Program-made: the position numbers and the translations under genes
Source: an uncultured Pseudomonadota bacterium
GTDB lineage: Bacteria > Pseudomonadota > Alphaproteobacteria > RF32 > CAG-239
Assembly: GCA_949295935.1 (NCBI GenBank)
Contig: CASFMW010000011.1
Coordinates: 6,822 to 70,821, forward strand
Length of the DNA: 64,000 nucleotides
Direction of reading: 5' to 3'
Part shown: piece by piece, positions 20,817 through 30,957 of the stretch
How positions within the stretch are numbered: the stretch's first letter is position 1
How the letters are laid out: every line of letters begins with the position of its first letter
Notes under the pieces: model-generated
Seen by the model: only the letters and a program-made list of their open reading frames with translations
Database searches by the model: none
Told to the model about the DNA's origin: nothing

Positions 20817-21105
20817 TATGTCCTGCCTTTTTTTCAACAGAATTTTCATCCAGCAACAAAACCTGATTAGCCCCAAGCAAGACCAAAAACTCTTTATCAT
20901 CTTTACGCAAAAGCACAACCGAGTTTTTAGCATCAACGCGGCGCAATTCTTCTATATGGATTCTCTGAGTATCATTAATATTTTTGAACAACCGAGAATG
21001 AGGCACTTTTGTCTGAATATATTTTAAGCACCAAAGCGTCAGCAACAGCAGCCCGATAACAAAGACAAACGACAGCACTGCTTGCAAAATATCGCCCCAT
21101 TCCAT
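20809..21105 (-). CDS. fliO: flagellar biosynthesis protein FliO-like
   Basis: 98 aa with a single N-terminal TM helix, directly upstream of and overlapping fliP. Confidence 0.6.
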   Translation of the reverse strand: MEWGDILQAVLSFVFVIGLLLLTLWCLKYIQTKVPHSRLFKNINDTQRIHIEELRRVDAKNSVVLLRKDDKEFLVLLGANQVLLLDENSVEKKAGHND

Positions 21106-21187
21106 TAATCAAAATCCTCATATAAAAACATTTCATAAATGTTCTAGCATGTTGCTATTTAATTTTCAACATGTTAAGATAAACACT

Positions 21188-21721
21188 ATGAATAAAGTGG
21201 ACAACATCAGAAAAGAAGGCTCAACCCAAGGACTTTCGGCACTTTCCGGAACCTTGCTTCCTTTTGCAAAAAAACTTTTGGGCAGCAAGGGCTTTGTTGA
21301 GATTGATATTTTAACCGGCTGGGACAAAATCGTTGGCAAAGATCTGGCACAATTTAGCTTTCCGCAAAAAATAGACTTCAAAAAAGGACAAAAGAATAAC
21401 GGCATTCTCTATCTTGGCGTGCCCGCCGGCGCTTTTGCACTGGAAATTCAACATAAAAGCAAATATATTATAGATAAGATAAACACTTATTTTGGTTACA
21501 ATGCTGTTTCTGAGATTCGCATTATTCAAAACAGCAGCCTTTTACCGCAAGAAACCTCTATTCCCAAAACAAAAACACAAACAAACCTCTCTCCTGAAGA
21601 AAAAAATTACATTTCTGAGCTTGCAAACGGCATCAATAATCCCAATTTAAAGAATATATTAATCAAATTAGGACAGAATGTATTCAACGATAAAAAAACA
21701 AACAAACAGGAAAAAAAATGA
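21188..21721 (+). CDS. DUF721/DciA-like protein
   Basis: WDKIVGKDLAQFSFPQKIDF...GILYLGVPAGAFALEIQHKSKYIIDKIN matches the DUF721 pattern as I recall it. Start taken at MNKVDN. Confidence 0.6.
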   Translation: MNKVDNIRKEGSTQGLSALSGTLLPFAKKLLGSKGFVEIDILTGWDKIVGKDLAQFSFPQKIDFKKGQKNNGILYLGVPAGAFALEIQHKSKYIIDKINTYFGYNAVSEIRIIQNSSLLPQETSIPKTKTQTNLSPEEKNYISELANGINNPNLKNILIKLGQNVFNDKKTNKQEKK

Positions 21722-22431
21722 AATTAGATATAATTATCCGTCGTATCAGCGCTGTTTTAGCAGTTGTTCTGATATATTTGTTTGCCCTGAGTTTTTACTT
21801 AGGCTCTAAAGGTTTTTACTTTGACCCACAAGACAACAGCGTAAAATTCAAGCTCAATGAGGCCAATGCAGCAGAAACCCCAAAATCTCTGCCAATGAAC
21901 ATTGTATTGCCTTGGGGACATTCTCTTGGTTCAAACAAAGCCAAAGTCACCATTTATGAATACTCTTCCTTCGGCTGCAGCCATTGCGCCGACTTTCATT
22001 CGGTAACTTTACCAAAACTCCAAAAAGACTATATTGACACCGGCAAAGTTCGCTTGGTTTTCACCCCTTTTCCGCTTGACCAAAGCTCTCTGAAGGCCGC
22101 CGTTTTGGCAGACTGTGTCCCTGCATCAAAATATTTTGACTTTGCCAACAGTGTGTTTGAACATCAAATGAGCTGGGGGCTCTCACTGAATGCCGAAAAA
22201 TCTTTGGCCAAATTAGCTGAACCTTATGGCTTGTCAGAAGAAGATGCCTTAGCTTGTATGAAAAACACCAAAATTGCTCAAGAGATATTAAACTTAAGAC
22301 AAGAAGCATCAAAGCTAATAAACATCCAAGGCACGCCGACTTTTGTCATCTCATCACCCAAAGGCCGAGAAGTCTATTTCGGAGCAATGAACTATACAAA
22401 ACTTCAAGAACTGATTAACAAAAATCTTTAA
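21718..22431 (+). CDS. DsbA-family thiol:disulfide oxidoreductase
   Basis: N-terminal TM anchor and thioredoxin fold with the CSHC active site. Confidence 0.85.
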   Translation: MKLDIIIRRISAVLAVVLIYLFALSFYLGSKGFYFDPQDNSVKFKLNEANAAETPKSLPMNIVLPWGHSLGSNKAKVTIYEYSSFGCSHCADFHSVTLPKLQKDYIDTGKVRLVFTPFPLDQSSLKAAVLADCVPASKYFDFANSVFEHQMSWGLSLNAEKSLAKLAEPYGLSEEDALACMKNTKIAQEILNLRQEASKLINIQGTPTFVISSPKGREVYFGAMNYTKLQELINKNL

Positions 22432-22453
22432 GATTTTAATAAGTCAGTAATAT

Positions 22454-22783
22454 TTGATGATTTATAGTAAGGCAGAAATGAATAAAAAACCAGAAGACAT
22501 CAAAAAACTGGAAGAGCAGATAAAAGCTCTAAGCAAAAAAGAACAACAAGCGCGCGCCACACGCACCGGCAACGAATATACCAATGCGGCACAAACCGGC
22601 ATGAGAGTTGCCACAGAGCTTGTTTCCGGCGTCATTGTCGGCGCAGCGATTGGCTGGTTTTTAGATGATATCTTCGGTACCAAACCGCTGTTTTTGACCA
22701 TATTATTACTTTTGGGCGGAGCAGCCGGATTTTTGAACGTTTACCGCTTTGTCAAAAGCGAAGAACAAAAAACAAAGGAGTAA
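22454..22783 (+). CDS. atpI: ATP synthase protein I (AtpI-like)
   Basis: Small two-TM protein (VSGVIVGAAIGWFLD...LGGAAGFLNVYR) immediately upstream of atpB. Start uncertain (ATG 22457 or 22478). Confidence 0.7.
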   Translation: MMIYSKAEMNKKPEDIKKLEEQIKALSKKEQQARATRTGNEYTNAAQTGMRVATELVSGVIVGAAIGWFLDDIFGTKPLFLTILLLLGGAAGFLNVYRFVKSEEQKTKE

Positions 22784-22787
22784 AGCA

Positions 22788-23510
22788 GTGGCAAACCCGA
22801 TGGAACAATTTGAGATAAAACCGCTGATAAATTTAGAACTCGGTGGCTTTGACATCTCATTCACCAATTCATCTCTGTGCATGGTTAGTGCCGTTGTGGC
22901 CGCCAGCCTGATATTCGGATTCTGCTTAAGAAAAAGAACCATTGTCCCCAGCGTGGCTCAATCAATTCCAGAAGGCATATATAGTTTTATTCACAACCTC
23001 CTGCTTGAAAACGTCGGCAAAGACGGACTAAAATACTTTTCATTTATATTCTCGGTATTTTTGTTTGTCTTGTTTGGAAACTTAATCGGCCTTTTCCCTT
23101 ACTCTTTTACCTATACATCTCATCTGGCAGCCGTCGGAACTTTGTCTTTGACAGCTCTGATGTTTAATATCTGCATCGGTATCAAAAAGAAAAAACTTGG
23201 CTACCTCAGAACCTTTTTACCGAGAGGAATTCCTTTGGCCTTAGCCCCACTGATTGTTCCGATAGAAATGATATCGTTTTTATCAAAACCATTCAGCCTG
23301 ACGGTACGTCTTGTTGCCAACATGACCGTTGGCCACATCATGCTGAAAATAATCGCAGGCTTCATCGCCGGACTTGGGCTTCTCGGAATAGTACCATTCT
23401 TATTCGACGCCGGTATCATTGTTTTTGAAATTTTCATTGCAATGTTACAAGCGTTTATCTACACCGTATTAAGCTGCATTTACTTAGGAGACGCCATTCA
23501 CGAACACTAA
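22788..23510 (+). CDS. atpB: F0F1 ATP synthase subunit a
   Basis: Conserved LTVRLVANMTVGH and PMEQFEI motifs. GTG start 7 nt after the AAAGGAG Shine-Dalgarno. Confidence 0.93.
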   Translation: MANPMEQFEIKPLINLELGGFDISFTNSSLCMVSAVVAASLIFGFCLRKRTIVPSVAQSIPEGIYSFIHNLLLENVGKDGLKYFSFIFSVFLFVLFGNLIGLFPYSFTYTSHLAAVGTLSLTALMFNICIGIKKKKLGYLRTFLPRGIPLALAPLIVPIEMISFLSKPFSLTVRLVANMTVGHIMLKIIAGFIAGLGLLGIVPFLFDAGIIVFEIFIAMLQAFIYTVLSCIYLGDAIHEH

Positions 23511-23590
23511 GCAAAAGCAGCCACGGCAAATGCCCATGGCATAACAAATTATTATAAATTGTGTTTTAACTCAAACAAAGGAAACAAACT

Positions 23591-23812
23591 ATGGATTCTA
23601 TGGCTTTTATCGGAGCAGGTATGTGCGCTCTGTCAATGACTGTCGCAGCTTGGGGCGTTGCTCAGGTATGGACAACAATTATTTCAACCGTCGGCCGCAA
23701 CCCGCAAGTAAAGAAAGAAGTTGATATTTACGGTTGGGCAGGATTCGCCGCTGTTGAAGCTATTGCACTCTATGCATTAGTTATCGCATTGGTAATGCTT
23801 ACCGGAAAATAA
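23591..23812 (+). CDS. atpE: F0F1 ATP synthase subunit c
   Basis: 73-aa hairpin proteolipid with RNP loop (GRNPQ) and a conserved carboxylate (AAVEAIALY). Confidence 0.93.
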   Translation: MDSMAFIGAGMCALSMTVAAWGVAQVWTTIISTVGRNPQVKKEVDIYGWAGFAAVEAIALYALVIALVMLTGK

Positions 23813-23894
23813 AAAAAACACGGCAGAGCAAGCTTTATCACAAATAACAAAGACTTGCCCTGCCTTTTCAAGATTCTCGTTTAAGGAAAGAAGA

Positions 23895-24380
23895 ATGCCT
23901 CAGTTAGAAATCCAAAGCTATCCGTCCCAAATCTTTTGGCTGATAGTCTGTTTTTTCAGCATGTACTTCATCATGGCCCAAATAGTCATCCCCAAAATCG
24001 CGGATATTATGGAGCAGCGCCGTCAAAAAATTGACAGCGCCCTTGAAAAAGCAATGGAAATAAAACAAAAGGCGGAAAAGTCACTTCAAAAATATGAAGA
24101 TGCACTTGCCAAAGCCACCGCTGAAGCAGAAAAATCCTTAAGCAAAACTCAAGAAGAGCTAAACCGCATGGTTGCCGAAAAACAAGCTGAACTCGAAAAA
24201 AGCTTGAAAGAAAAAATCGCTGCCGGAGAAGCGCAAATTCGCCAAAGCAAAGAAGAAGCCCTCAAAGAGGTCAAAACTTCTTCAGAAAAACTAGCATTGG
24301 AAGTCACCCAAAAACTCGGAATAAAAGATATAAACGCGGCCAACATCAAAGCCGCTTTGAAGAAAGTAGAGGGAGAGTAA
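23895..24380 (+). CDS. F0F1 ATP synthase subunit b'
   Basis: Single N-terminal TM plus a long charged helix. First of two b-type genes, the order typical of Alphaproteobacteria. Confidence 0.8.
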   Translation: MPQLEIQSYPSQIFWLIVCFFSMYFIMAQIVIPKIADIMEQRRQKIDSALEKAMEIKQKAEKSLQKYEDALAKATAEAEKSLSKTQEELNRMVAEKQAELEKSLKEKIAAGEAQIRQSKEEALKEVKTSSEKLALEVTQKLGIKDINAANIKAALKKVEGE

Positions 24381-24985
24381 TGAGCATCTCTAACCTATCA
24401 ATAATCGGCGGAGAAAAGCTGATAAAATTAGCCCAAAACACCGCACCGAACGTCCAAGAAATCACTACCAACGCAGCACAAGAAGCCCACCACGCTTTGC
24501 CTTTTTATCTTGAAGGTGAATTCTGGGTCGGTATGGCTTTTGTCTTTGTAATTTTAGCTTTGGCCAAACCGATATGCAAAATTGCCAATGCCATGATTCA
24601 CAAAAGAATAGACGGCATAAAGCAAAGAATTAGTGATTCCGAGCAGTTACTGGAAGATGCTCAGAAACTACTTAAAGATTACGAAAAAAAATATCGTAAT
24701 GCCAAAAAAGAAGCTCAGGCAATATTAGAAAGATCGGAAAAACAAATTAATTATATTAAAACCGAAAAATTGAGCCAGCTTGAACAAGAAATTAAAACCA
24801 AAGAAAAAGACGCCGCAGATAGAATTCGCTCTTCGCAAGAAGACGCTGACAAAGAGCTGACCGCACTCACCTCTGAATTAACCATAAAATTAGTGAAACA
24901 AGCGGTTAATGATAATCTGAGCACAAGTGTCCAAAACAAAATGATTGATGAATCAATAAAAAATATCGGACGTTTGAACAAATAA
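24380..24985 (+). CDS. atpF: F0F1 ATP synthase subunit b
   Basis: Second b-type subunit (TM plus coiled coil). Its start overlaps the stop of the b' gene. Confidence 0.8.
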   Translation: MSISNLSIIGGEKLIKLAQNTAPNVQEITTNAAQEAHHALPFYLEGEFWVGMAFVFVILALAKPICKIANAMIHKRIDGIKQRISDSEQLLEDAQKLLKDYEKKYRNAKKEAQAILERSEKQINYIKTEKLSQLEQEIKTKEKDAADRIRSSQEDADKELTALTSELTIKLVKQAVNDNLSTSVQNKMIDESIKNIGRLNK

Positions 24986-25018
24986 TAAAAAAGGCGTTTC
25001 ACTGAAACGCCTTTTTTA
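24986..25018. terminator. bidirectional rho-independent terminator
   Basis: A-run, aggcgtttc/gaaacgcct stem, T-run. Lies between convergent atpF and pheA. Confidence 0.8.
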
Positions 25019-25843
25019 TTACGCACAACGACAATATGTTCCAAGAATATGAATACTCTCGGAAAAGAATTTAAGCTCTTCCAGCGCATTTTGAAAAGCC
25101 TTACGTGCCGGATGAGATTCTACCTCAACATAAAATTGAGCTGAAACAAAAGTCCCCGATTCGAGATAACTTTCAATTTTAATCATATTAATTCCATTAG
25201 TAGCAAAACCACCGAGCGCCTTGTACAATGCCGCAGGAATATTCCGTGCCTTAAAAATAAATGAGGTCACAAAATCAGAGCCATCATCTTCTGGAATCAT
25301 CTGATTTTTAGACATGATTAAAAAGCGCGTGGTATTATTATCCATGGTTTCAATATTTGAGGCGATTACCTCCAAGCCATAGATATCCGCCGCCATTGCC
25401 GAAGCAATTGCCGCGCGTGATTTGTCACCATATTCAAGCACAAATTCACAAGACTTAGCTGTATCGATTCGCTGCTCAGGATAGATATGGTGCTTTTTCA
25501 AAAACTCTGCACTCTGCGCCAAAGCTTGCGGATGAGACATCGCCACCCGAATATCCTCAAGCTTTGTTCCTTTAAGGCCCAAAAGCTGATGATGAATAGG
25601 CAGCTTATATTCACCCACAATAAACAAGTTTGTTTTCGGCAGAAGAAAATGCACATCAGAAACACGTCCGGCAGTCGAATTTTCAACCGGAATCATAGCA
25701 AAATCAACTTCACCGCGCTGCACCATATCCATTGCATCTTCAAATGTATTGCAAGGAACATAATCACTGTCGGGATAAACATTTTTGGCGGCAATATTCG
25801 AATAAGCGCCGGCCACTCCTTGATAAGCAATTTTAAGCTTCAT
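25019..25843 (-). CDS. pheA: prephenate dehydratase
   Basis: PDT domain (IAYQGVAGAYS, TRF motif) plus a C-terminal ACT domain. 274 aa. Confidence 0.88.
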   Translation of the reverse strand: MKLKIAYQGVAGAYSNIAAKNVYPDSDYVPCNTFEDAMDMVQRGEVDFAMIPVENSTAGRVSDVHFLLPKTNLFIVGEYKLPIHHQLLGLKGTKLEDIRVAMSHPQALAQSAEFLKKHHIYPEQRIDTAKSCEFVLEYGDKSRAAIASAMAADIYGLEVIASNIETMDNNTTRFLIMSKNQMIPEDDGSDFVTSFIFKARNIPAALYKALGGFATNGINMIKIESYLESGTFVSAQFYVEVESHPARKAFQNALEELKFFSESIHILGTYCRCA

Positions 25844-25922
25844 AATCTTTTACCTAATAAAAAACTCTTGCGTCTAAAGAGTGTATATACTATAACGACT
25901 AAAAAAAACAAGGACAAAAACA

Positions 25923-27005
25923 ATGCAGGTAGATATTTTTGATTTTGATTTTGACCGCAGTCTGATTGCCGACAAACCGGCCTCACCGCGTGACAGCTCT
26001 CGCTTACTGGATTTATCGGAAGAAGGCGAGATTCACGACCGCCATTTTTATGACTTGCCTGATTTATTAAAAAAGGGCGACCTCTTAGTATTCAACGACA
26101 CTAAAGTCATACCGGCCAGACTTTATGGACAACGCGGAGAAGCACTGGTAGAAGTCACCTTATACCACCCGATAGACGGGCTGAGCTGGATGTCTTTCAT
26201 AAAGAATGCAAAGCGCCTGCATGTAGGAGATGAAATCAGCTTTTATACCGATGAAATCACGGCAGAAAACTCTGACTTCAAAGCCAAAGTCATAAATAAA
26301 CAAGGAGAAGAAGGCGTCGAGCTCCGCTTTGAATGTGACGCTAAAGACTTAGGTCACCTTCTTGAAAAATACGGCTCCATGCCCCTACCGCCTTATATTA
26401 AAAGAGAAAAGCCGGGAAATAGCCTCTGGAACAAATATAATGATAAAGAAGATTACCAAACCGTTTATGCCAAGCATGAAGGCGCCGTTGCCGCTCCGAC
26501 CGCCGGTCTGCATTTTACCGACCGCGTGTTTAAAGCCTTAGAAAAAAAAGGCGTTGAAAAAGTCTTTTTAACACTCCACGTCGGTGCCGGAACATTTCTG
26601 CCGGTTAAAGTTGCTGATACCAAAGACCATAAAATGCACGCCGAATATGGCATTATCACCGAAGACGCCTGCGAAAAAATTAATAAAGCAAAAAAAGAAG
26701 GCCGTCGCATCATCGCTGTCGGCACAACCTCGCTGCGCTTACTTGAATCTGCCGCTGATGATAAGGGAATACTTCATCCTTTCATCGGAGAGACAGATAT
26801 CTTCATCACCCCTGGCTACAAGTTTAAAACCATAGACATGATGATAACTAACTTCCACTTGCCAAAATCAACTCTATTTATGCTCATTTGCGCCGTCGCC
26901 GGAACAGAGAGAATGAAAGCAGCATATAAGCACGCCATGGAAAAAAGATATCGCTTTTATTCCTATGGAGACAGCTCAATTTTAAAATGCGTAAATAAAA
27001 TTTAA
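25923..27005 (+). CDS. queA: S-adenosylmethionine:tRNA ribosyltransferase-isomerase
   Basis: Full-length QueA pattern (FDFDRSLIADKPASPRDSSRLL, GAVAAPTAGLHFT, AVGTTSLR). Confidence 0.95.
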   Translation: MQVDIFDFDFDRSLIADKPASPRDSSRLLDLSEEGEIHDRHFYDLPDLLKKGDLLVFNDTKVIPARLYGQRGEALVEVTLYHPIDGLSWMSFIKNAKRLHVGDEISFYTDEITAENSDFKAKVINKQGEEGVELRFECDAKDLGHLLEKYGSMPLPPYIKREKPGNSLWNKYNDKEDYQTVYAKHEGAVAAPTAGLHFTDRVFKALEKKGVEKVFLTLHVGAGTFLPVKVADTKDHKMHAEYGIITEDACEKINKAKKEGRRIIAVGTTSLRLLESAADDKGILHPFIGETDIFITPGYKFKTIDMMITNFHLPKSTLFMLICAVAGTERMKAAYKHAMEKRYRFYSYGDSSILKCVNKI

Positions 27006-27061
27006 ACCATATTGAGATACAATCTGCGCAAATAAAAAAAGCAATAAATAAGGAAACAATT

Positions 27062-28225
27062 TTGCGCAAAATACTCAAGCAATTGGAAGAATTTTTTCCG
27101 CTGTTAAAAAACACGACCTTACCGGCCATGATATTTGCCGTTGCCGTGCTTTTTTTCTATGCCGGCGAACCTTTTTCCAATGAAACCTTGTTAACCTTAA
27201 ACGCTGTTTTTTATATCGCCCAAGGACTAATTTTTATCGCACTACTAATATTCAACCGCAGCAAACCGATATTTATATCTCTGATAAGCCTGCTGAGCTA
27301 CATCATCATAAATGCTTTAAAGCAAAGCTACGGATCTGAATTTAGCACCACGGCAGCCTTTCATAATCTCACCACTTTAGCAATCATAAATTTTACAATC
27401 TTTTACTTTTTACCTGAGAAAAAATTTTTCAGAACTCACAACATCTACGGATTACTGTTTATCTTACTTGAATTCAGCTTAATAGAACACTTAAGCAACC
27501 TTAACATAACACTTATTTCCACCACAGAAGATTTAACCAATCAAATAAACCTCCTGCTGTTTGGGATAGCTTTACTCTGCTTATTTATCAGTTTTTCATA
27601 CAGCGGCAGCATTTTAGACAGCGGACTGTTTTTTGCCATATTCAACTATGGCCTAGGATTTACATATAGCAACACGGCCAGCGGACAAATCACATTTTTC
27701 TGCGCCGGCACAATCACTTTGGCCATAACTTTGGGCGAACATATATACTACACAATGTTTCATGACCTAGAAACCGGATTATCAAGCCGAAAGTCATTTA
27801 TGCAACACGCAAAAACCTTCCCGCCCAAATGCAGCCTCGGCATTATCCTGATTGACGACTACGACAGACTAAAAAAAATCTTTAAACGACAAGGCATCAA
27901 AAACATCGTAAAAATGCTAAGCCGTAAAATAAACGAGGTCGAAACCGAGGCCCAAATCTACCGCTACGAAGCTGATGAATTTGTACTGATATTCCGTGGC
28001 AAAAACCAAAAAGAAGCTTTCGACCGAGTAGAAACAATACGCCGCGCCATAGCCTCATCGTCTTTTGGTATCAGAGGAATAAACAAACCCTTAAAGCTCA
28101 CTGTTTCAGGAGCCGTAACCGAACAAAAAAGAAGCGACGGCTCAGCAATAGAAGTTTTACTGCGTGCGGATAAAGCCCTGCAAAAGAGCTACCGCTTTGC
28201 TCAAAACATCACAACTAAAGCTTAA
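27062..28225 (+). CDS. polytopic membrane protein with degenerate GGDEF domain
   Basis: C-terminal DLETGLSSRKSF ... RYEADEF (EADEF in place of GGDEF). TTG start in the ORF track; true start uncertain. Confidence 0.7.
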   Translation: MRKILKQLEEFFPLLKNTTLPAMIFAVAVLFFYAGEPFSNETLLTLNAVFYIAQGLIFIALLIFNRSKPIFISLISLLSYIIINALKQSYGSEFSTTAAFHNLTTLAIINFTIFYFLPEKKFFRTHNIYGLLFILLEFSLIEHLSNLNITLISTTEDLTNQINLLLFGIALLCLFISFSYSGSILDSGLFFAIFNYGLGFTYSNTASGQITFFCAGTITLAITLGEHIYYTMFHDLETGLSSRKSFMQHAKTFPPKCSLGIILIDDYDRLKKIFKRQGIKNIVKMLSRKINEVETEAQIYRYEADEFVLIFRGKNQKEAFDRVETIRRAIASSSFGIRGINKPLKLTVSGAVTEQKRSDGSAIEVLLRADKALQKSYRFAQNITTKA

Positions 28226-29019
28226 TCAACACGTGGCTTCCGCCATACAAAAATTAAAACCACGATTCCGAGCAAAATCAAAGGCACAGAAAGCAGCTGT
28301 CCCATGGTAAAGTTTCCAAAGAAAAATCCCATATGAGCATCCGGCTCTCTAAATTGCTCCATCAAAATTCTAAAAATTCCATAAAGCAAAACAAACAAGG
28401 CCGAAACCGTTCCGCAATGCTTGCGCACTCCTTCTTTCCGCCAAAGAAGATTAAGGATAACAAACAAGCAAATCCCCTCCAAAAAAGACTCATAAAGCTG
28501 AGAAGGATGACGCGGTAAAAAACCACCGGAAGGAAAGCGCACTGCCCATGGAACATCGGTCACACGCCCCCAAAGCTCATCATTTACAAAATTAGCAATT
28601 CGCCCCAAGAAGAGGCCGATAGGCGCAACCAAAACCACCAAATCCGCCAGTTGCAAAAACGGAAAACGATATTTTCTGGCAAACAGAGCCATCGCCACAA
28701 TCACACCGAGAGCCCCACCATGGAACGACATTCCGCCCTTCCAAATAGCAAAAACTTCAAACCAGTTGTCCTGAAAAACTTTTTCCCCATAAAACAAAAC
28801 ATAACCGACACGCCCACCAAGAATAATTCCAAGTGTTAAATAAAATACAAAATCTTCAAGCTGAGCAGAAGAAAGACGCAAACCATATTTTTTAACATAA
28901 TGCCGAATAAGCAGCCACCCAAAAACGATTCCGAAAAGATAAGCCATTGAATACCACCGAATGGCAATCGGACCGATTTGCAGCATAATCGGAGAAATTT
29001 CAGGATAAGTCAAACCCAT
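28222..29019 (-). CDS. lgt: prolipoprotein diacylglyceryl transferase
   Basis: Conserved Lgt blocks (IRWYSMAYLFG, GGRVGYVLFY, GMSFHGG, GRIANFVNDELWG). Confidence 0.93.
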   Translation of the reverse strand: MGLTYPEISPIMLQIGPIAIRWYSMAYLFGIVFGWLLIRHYVKKYGLRLSSAQLEDFVFYLTLGIILGGRVGYVLFYGEKVFQDNWFEVFAIWKGGMSFHGGALGVIVAMALFARKYRFPFLQLADLVVLVAPIGLFLGRIANFVNDELWGRVTDVPWAVRFPSGGFLPRHPSQLYESFLEGICLFVILNLLWRKEGVRKHCGTVSALFVLLYGIFRILMEQFREPDAHMGFFFGNFTMGQLLSVPLILLGIVVLIFVWRKPRVD

Positions 29020-29182
29020 AGGATAGCCCCTTCCAAAAAAGCTTAATTCAAAAATTTATTTAACATTATCTTAATAAGAAAAAATAATCCACACCTATTC
29101 CCGAAGGACTCCGAGTCGAATTTTATAACTCATTGAAATAAGGAAACAAAAAAAATAATCCACAACTTTTTGAATCCGCGAG

Positions 29183-29779
29183 GTGGAAAACTTTGCAAAC
29201 AATATTGTATTAAACGACTCGCTAAGGCAATCTAGATTTATCGCGTCCGTAGTCACTTTTTTTATCTGGAGAAAAACCGTGAATCTGGCAAAGAATTATG
29301 CCTTAAATTACAATCCGATAGATATTATTGAAACCATTTTCAGCGGAAGAAATTACGAATTTGAACGCCGCTCCGGAAATGAAGTCGTTGTCGAAATCGA
29401 AGGCAAATGGAACAACATGCTCCTGTTCTTTAATTGGGAAGAAAACATGCGCTGCCTTCACCTCTCTTGCCTGATGAACATCAAAACCCAGATAGAAGAT
29501 CGCAGTAAAGTTTTTGAACTTATGGCCTTGGCCAACGAAGATTTGTGGCTTGGACATTTTTCTTATTGGGCGGAACAAAATATGCCGGTGTTCAAACATT
29601 CTTTGATTATTGATGACACCGACGAATTTAGTATTGAAAGCAAAATCGCACAGGTGATTGAGATTGCGGTTAAAGAATGTGAGCGGATGTATCCAGCATT
29701 CAATGTCGTTTTAACCAAAGGCTTATCGCCGCAATACGCGCTTAACCCCTTGAGCATAGCAGTTGCCGGACAAGCATAA
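29183..29779 (+). CDS. YbjN-like domain protein
   Basis: Pattern NPIDIIETIF...VVVEIEGKWNNMLLFFNW...LHLSC resembles YbjN-type chaperone-like proteins. The true start may be an internal GTG near 29278. Confidence 0.5.
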   Translation: MENFANNIVLNDSLRQSRFIASVVTFFIWRKTVNLAKNYALNYNPIDIIETIFSGRNYEFERRSGNEVVVEIEGKWNNMLLFFNWEENMRCLHLSCLMNIKTQIEDRSKVFELMALANEDLWLGHFSYWAEQNMPVFKHSLIIDDTDEFSIESKIAQVIEIAVKECERMYPAFNVVLTKGLSPQYALNPLSIAVAGQA

Positions 29780-29848
29780 AAAACATAGTCGTTAAGGATT
29801 AGATCTGGTAATCTTATCAATAACTGACTATGTTTTAGTGAGATATCA

Positions 29849-30808
29849 TTACTTTTTAGACAAGGTTTTTACCCAGTTTTTAACATTTTTGTTATGCTCT
29901 TTTAGGGTTGTCGAAAAATTATGCCCGCCATTTCCGTCAGCCACAAAGAATAAAAAGTCACTTTCTTCAGGATGAGCCGCCGCATGAATAGATTCTTTCC
30001 CTGGGTTGCAAATCGGCGTTGGCGGCAAACCAAAATACTTATAAGTATTATATGGGCTGTCGATTGACAAGTCCTTACGGCGCAAAGAACGCCCAAGCTC
30101 TTCTTTTCCTTGTGTAAGGGCATAAATCACGGTTGGATCAGTCTGCAGCTTCATCCCTTTACGCAAACGATTAACAAACACAGAAGAAACTAAACCTCTT
30201 TCTTCAGGCACACCCGTTTCTTTTTCAATAATTGACGCCAAGATTAAAAGTTCTTCAGGAGATTTTAACGGGACATCTGGATTACGATTTTTCCATTCAA
30301 AGGCCAAAACTTTATCAAGACTATTTTGAGCATCAATTAACACATCTTGCTTTGAATCACCAAATTTATAGGTATAAGTTTCAGGCAAAATAGAACCTTC
30401 ATCAGGAAGCTCAACAATTTCACCGGTAAGCATGGGGTTTTCATTAAGCAGCTCAACAATTTGAGAAGACATCAATCCTTCCGGCAAAGTCATCTTGCGA
30501 TAATAAATATCACCTTCATTGATTTGATTTAAGACCTGCGCCATAGACACATGTGGAGCGAACTGATACTCTCCGGCTTTTAGGCGCTTATCCAACCCTT
30601 TAAAACGTGCGGCAAGACGAAACAACATCGGACGAGAGATAACCCCCGATTCGAACAACTTCTGAGCCACGATCCGAGAATTAGCCCCTCTCGGAATAAT
30701 AACAAAGGCCTCTTGCGATAACGGCCCCGCCATTTCATAACAACGCTTAACTGCCACTAAAACAAATAAAAGCGCAACAAATAAAAAGAACAAAACCTTT
30801 TTCATCAA
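29849..30808 (-). CDS. mltG: endolytic murein transglycosylase MltG (YceG-like)
   Basis: N-terminal TM and a YceG domain with LASIIEKE, VFVNRL, LQTDPTVIY, YNTY. Confidence 0.9.
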   Translation of the reverse strand: MMKKVLFFLFVALLFVLVAVKRCYEMAGPLSQEAFVIIPRGANSRIVAQKLFESGVISRPMLFRLAARFKGLDKRLKAGEYQFAPHVSMAQVLNQINEGDIYYRKMTLPEGLMSSQIVELLNENPMLTGEIVELPDEGSILPETYTYKFGDSKQDVLIDAQNSLDKVLAFEWKNRNPDVPLKSPEELLILASIIEKETGVPEERGLVSSVFVNRLRKGMKLQTDPTVIYALTQGKEELGRSLRRKDLSIDSPYNTYKYFGLPPTPICNPGKESIHAAAHPEESDFLFFVADGNGGHNFSTTLKEHNKNVKNWVKTLSKK

Positions 30809-30916
30809 AGCCCCTCCTAAAAACCGGATATAAGGCTACCCTTATGCCAAGAGAGAGTCAATAACAGAAAAAAATATCCAAAGCACAAAAAAAACAGCCC
30901 CCCTCAAAAAATACCA

Positions 30917-30950
30917 CAAAAAAAGCCTCCTGCCTCACGGCAGAAAGCTT
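30917..30950 (-). terminator. rho-independent terminator
   Basis: Stem around cctgcc/ggcag with flanking aagc/gctt, followed by a 7-T run on the minus strand. Confidence 0.65.
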
Positions 30951-30957
30951 TATTCCA

